DNA of 64,000 bases from Raillietiella orientalis (taxonomy: Eukaryota). Shown here one piece after another: positions 61,765-64,000 of this stretch (positions are counted from its first letter, which is position 1; each line of letters opens with the position of its first letter). The stretch covers positions 3,658,001-3,722,000 of the forward strand of contig JAYWIR010000009.1 of NCBI GenBank assembly GCA_036172245.1, read 5' to 3'. Below the pieces are notes generated by a model. That model made no database searches. It saw only the letters and a list, made by a program, of their open reading frames with translations, and was not told where the DNA came from. The translations under genes and the position numbers were made by a program.

Positions 61765-64000
61765 GCGGCCCAAGCAGCGTGGCCTTCAGGGAGAGAGAGA
61801 GAGTACCAGCAACGACGACATCCGCCCCGGCGTCCTCTTCCGGGGAAAGGGACGCCTTTCCATCACGTGGTTCCTCGCCTACGCTGCGTCCACGTAGCGC
61901 GCGGCGCCGCTGACTGCGGCGCGCGGCTCCTCGTCCTACTCGTACCTGTCCTTCAGGGAAAGAGGGAACGTTCTCTTGCCCGTTTGCCTTCGAGCGCAAA
62001 CGCGTTCGCTCCCTTTTTTCCCTTAAGGTCTTGGAGGTGGTCATCCTCCTTCGCCTCCTGCGGCTTCCAGGAAGGAAGTCGGACTGGGCCGGGTAGCAGC
62101 TACCCTTCCCTTTGTGTCGATCCTTGCGATTCCCGCCGCGACCGTCCTGCCCGGGTCTTTTCCCTGCAGCGCGTGCGGTTCGGAGGGCGCGACCTCTTGC
62201 TCTCTCGTTGGAGAGACTTCGACTAGATGGCGCACTGCTCCCGTCGAGCATCGCGGTGCGTCAAGGCGGCAGCAGCCCTCGCCCGGTCATGCACGAGCGC
62301 GCTGCCGTTCTGCGCCGCTGCGGGGCCTTTCATAGCTGACCAACTTCGGCAGGTGGTCGACGTGCCGGTCCGCTCCCGGCGTGCGCGACGCGTTCGCTCG
62401 TCCGCTGCTTCTCCCTCCGCTCGAAAGCGTGCGCGCTCCGTAGACGAACGACGGCTACGAGGACTAGGACGACAACGAGGACAACAGCGACGACGACGAC
62501 GGTTCGTATCGTAGCAACCCTCCCCCCTTCCTCCCCCGTTGCCGCCGGCTCCGGGGAGACGTTCGCCTGGAGCCGTTCATGAGAGGTCGGTGAGTTGCTT
62601 TTTGTCCACGGTTTCTTCCATTCTTTCTTTCCACCCCCGTGCGTTCGCCCACCCCCTTCGTTCGTTCGTCGTCCTCCGGACCCACGCGCTCTCTCCAAGC
62701 AGGCGGGGGGCGGGGGGCTGGGCGCGGAGCTCCCCCCGCCTTCCTCCTCGCAGATTGTGATCTTCGCGGGTGTCGCAATCGAAAGTGCGCGCAACGAGGG
62801 GGGGGGGAGGGGAAGGGAAGGATCGCAAGCACTGCGTTATCGTCACCGACTCTCCCGGGAGCGCGCGAGCTGACACGACGGCGACGTGGGAGTTTGGGCG
62901 CGCGCGCGTGTGCACGTGAACCCCACCGGCGATGCTGCGACGAAGGAAAAGTCTCGCGTCTTCCGCTTCCGCGCGCGGCAGCGGCGACGTTTTCCGGCTC
63001 CACCGGCGCACCGCGCGCACGCACACGACGAGAGCGCCCGCTTCTTGCGCGTGCTCGTTGTCGTCCCTTTCGCGTGCGTGCGTGTCGGCTGAAAGGGTGG
63101 GAGTGGGGGGTGCATTCTCTCCAAGGCTCAAGCACCAAGGCTCACACCCTGCATTCCCCCTTCTCCGCCACGTCCGCTCGAAGAGGCCCGCGCTCCTTGC
63201 GCCCCGGCGTCTTCCTCCCCCGTCCGGTCCTGCGCCACCTGGTCGCCGGCGGCGGACGAGGCCTCGAAGGGGGAACGGCCGCTTCCGCGACGTCGGCGAC
63301 TCGCCCGTGAGAGCGCGGGCCGGACGTGGTGTCGCCGCGCGCGCGTTCCCCCTCGCATCCCTCGCTTCTCGCCCCTGCAGGGGCTGCGCGCACGAAGAGG
63401 CGCGCAGCCTCTGTTTTCCCAGCGAGTTCGCCAGCAAAAAGGAAAAAAACAAAAGGAGATAAAAAGGAAAAAAAAAAAAAACTCGAGGGAAACCGAAGAG
63501 GGGCGAGCGTGTGCTCGTGCGTCCCTCCTCCTCCCCCCTTCGTCGCTTCCACCCACCCCATCCTTCCCTTCCCCCTCAGTTTGCCTCCGGATTCCGTGCT
63601 GCAACAGCATCTGGTGATTCCTCCGTTTCGACGTCCGGGTGGCAAAGCTGGCTGGTGCATGTCTCTCCCCGCACGGTTCAGCTGCGGACCGCTCCATCCT
63701 CCATTCATTCATCGGATGGAAGGGCCGAGAAAGCGTGGCACCGAACCACCACCTCCACGTGCGCGGCAAACGCAATGCTTTGCAGCATCTGTTTCACGCC
63801 CGGCACCAACAGCAAGCCCCGTCTGTATCCCAGCAACCGTTCGTGAACGCCGTTGGTTCACGGCAACAATCGGTTCCTACTCTAACCGTAATAACCAATT
63901 GCAACAATGAATCGGCGGCATCGAGTGATCATTGTTGATTGCGATGGTTCTGAATAATCCAAATGCATTATGGGACAGTGACAACAATTACAGTCGATTG

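Overview
Eukaryotic, almost certainly arthropod, genomic DNA: it has spliceosomal GT-AG introns mostly 41-56 nt long and a PPAF2-type clip-domain protein. Two alternating compartments are visible. The GC/CpG-rich blocks (about 1-30.3 kb, 41-51.8 kb, 60.7-64 kb) are mostly decayed, nested and rearranged L1/Tx1-clade non-LTR retrotransposon fragments; the best preserved, with a recognisable RT, is at 9.7-13.1 kb. They are interleaved with an unnamed ~0.6-0.7 kb repeat (called family X here) whose 5' end resembles tRNA-His. The AT-rich, CpG-poor blocks carry host genes: SOCS4/5-like (-), DDX5/p68 helicase (-, 11 exons) and ATP synthase subunit d (+, 4 exons). A non-catalytic clip serine protease homolog (+, 4 exons) straddles a compartment boundary. 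A probable CUB/Sushi gene relic lies at 31.5-37 kb. Highlights: a LINE inserted inside family X with a target-site duplication; a covarying 3'-UTR stem-loop shared by LINE copies; a structured GC-rich DDX5 intron with premature-stop outcomes; and an EF-hand-like C-terminus on ATP synthase d. All alignments were made by eye, so relic boundaries are approximate.
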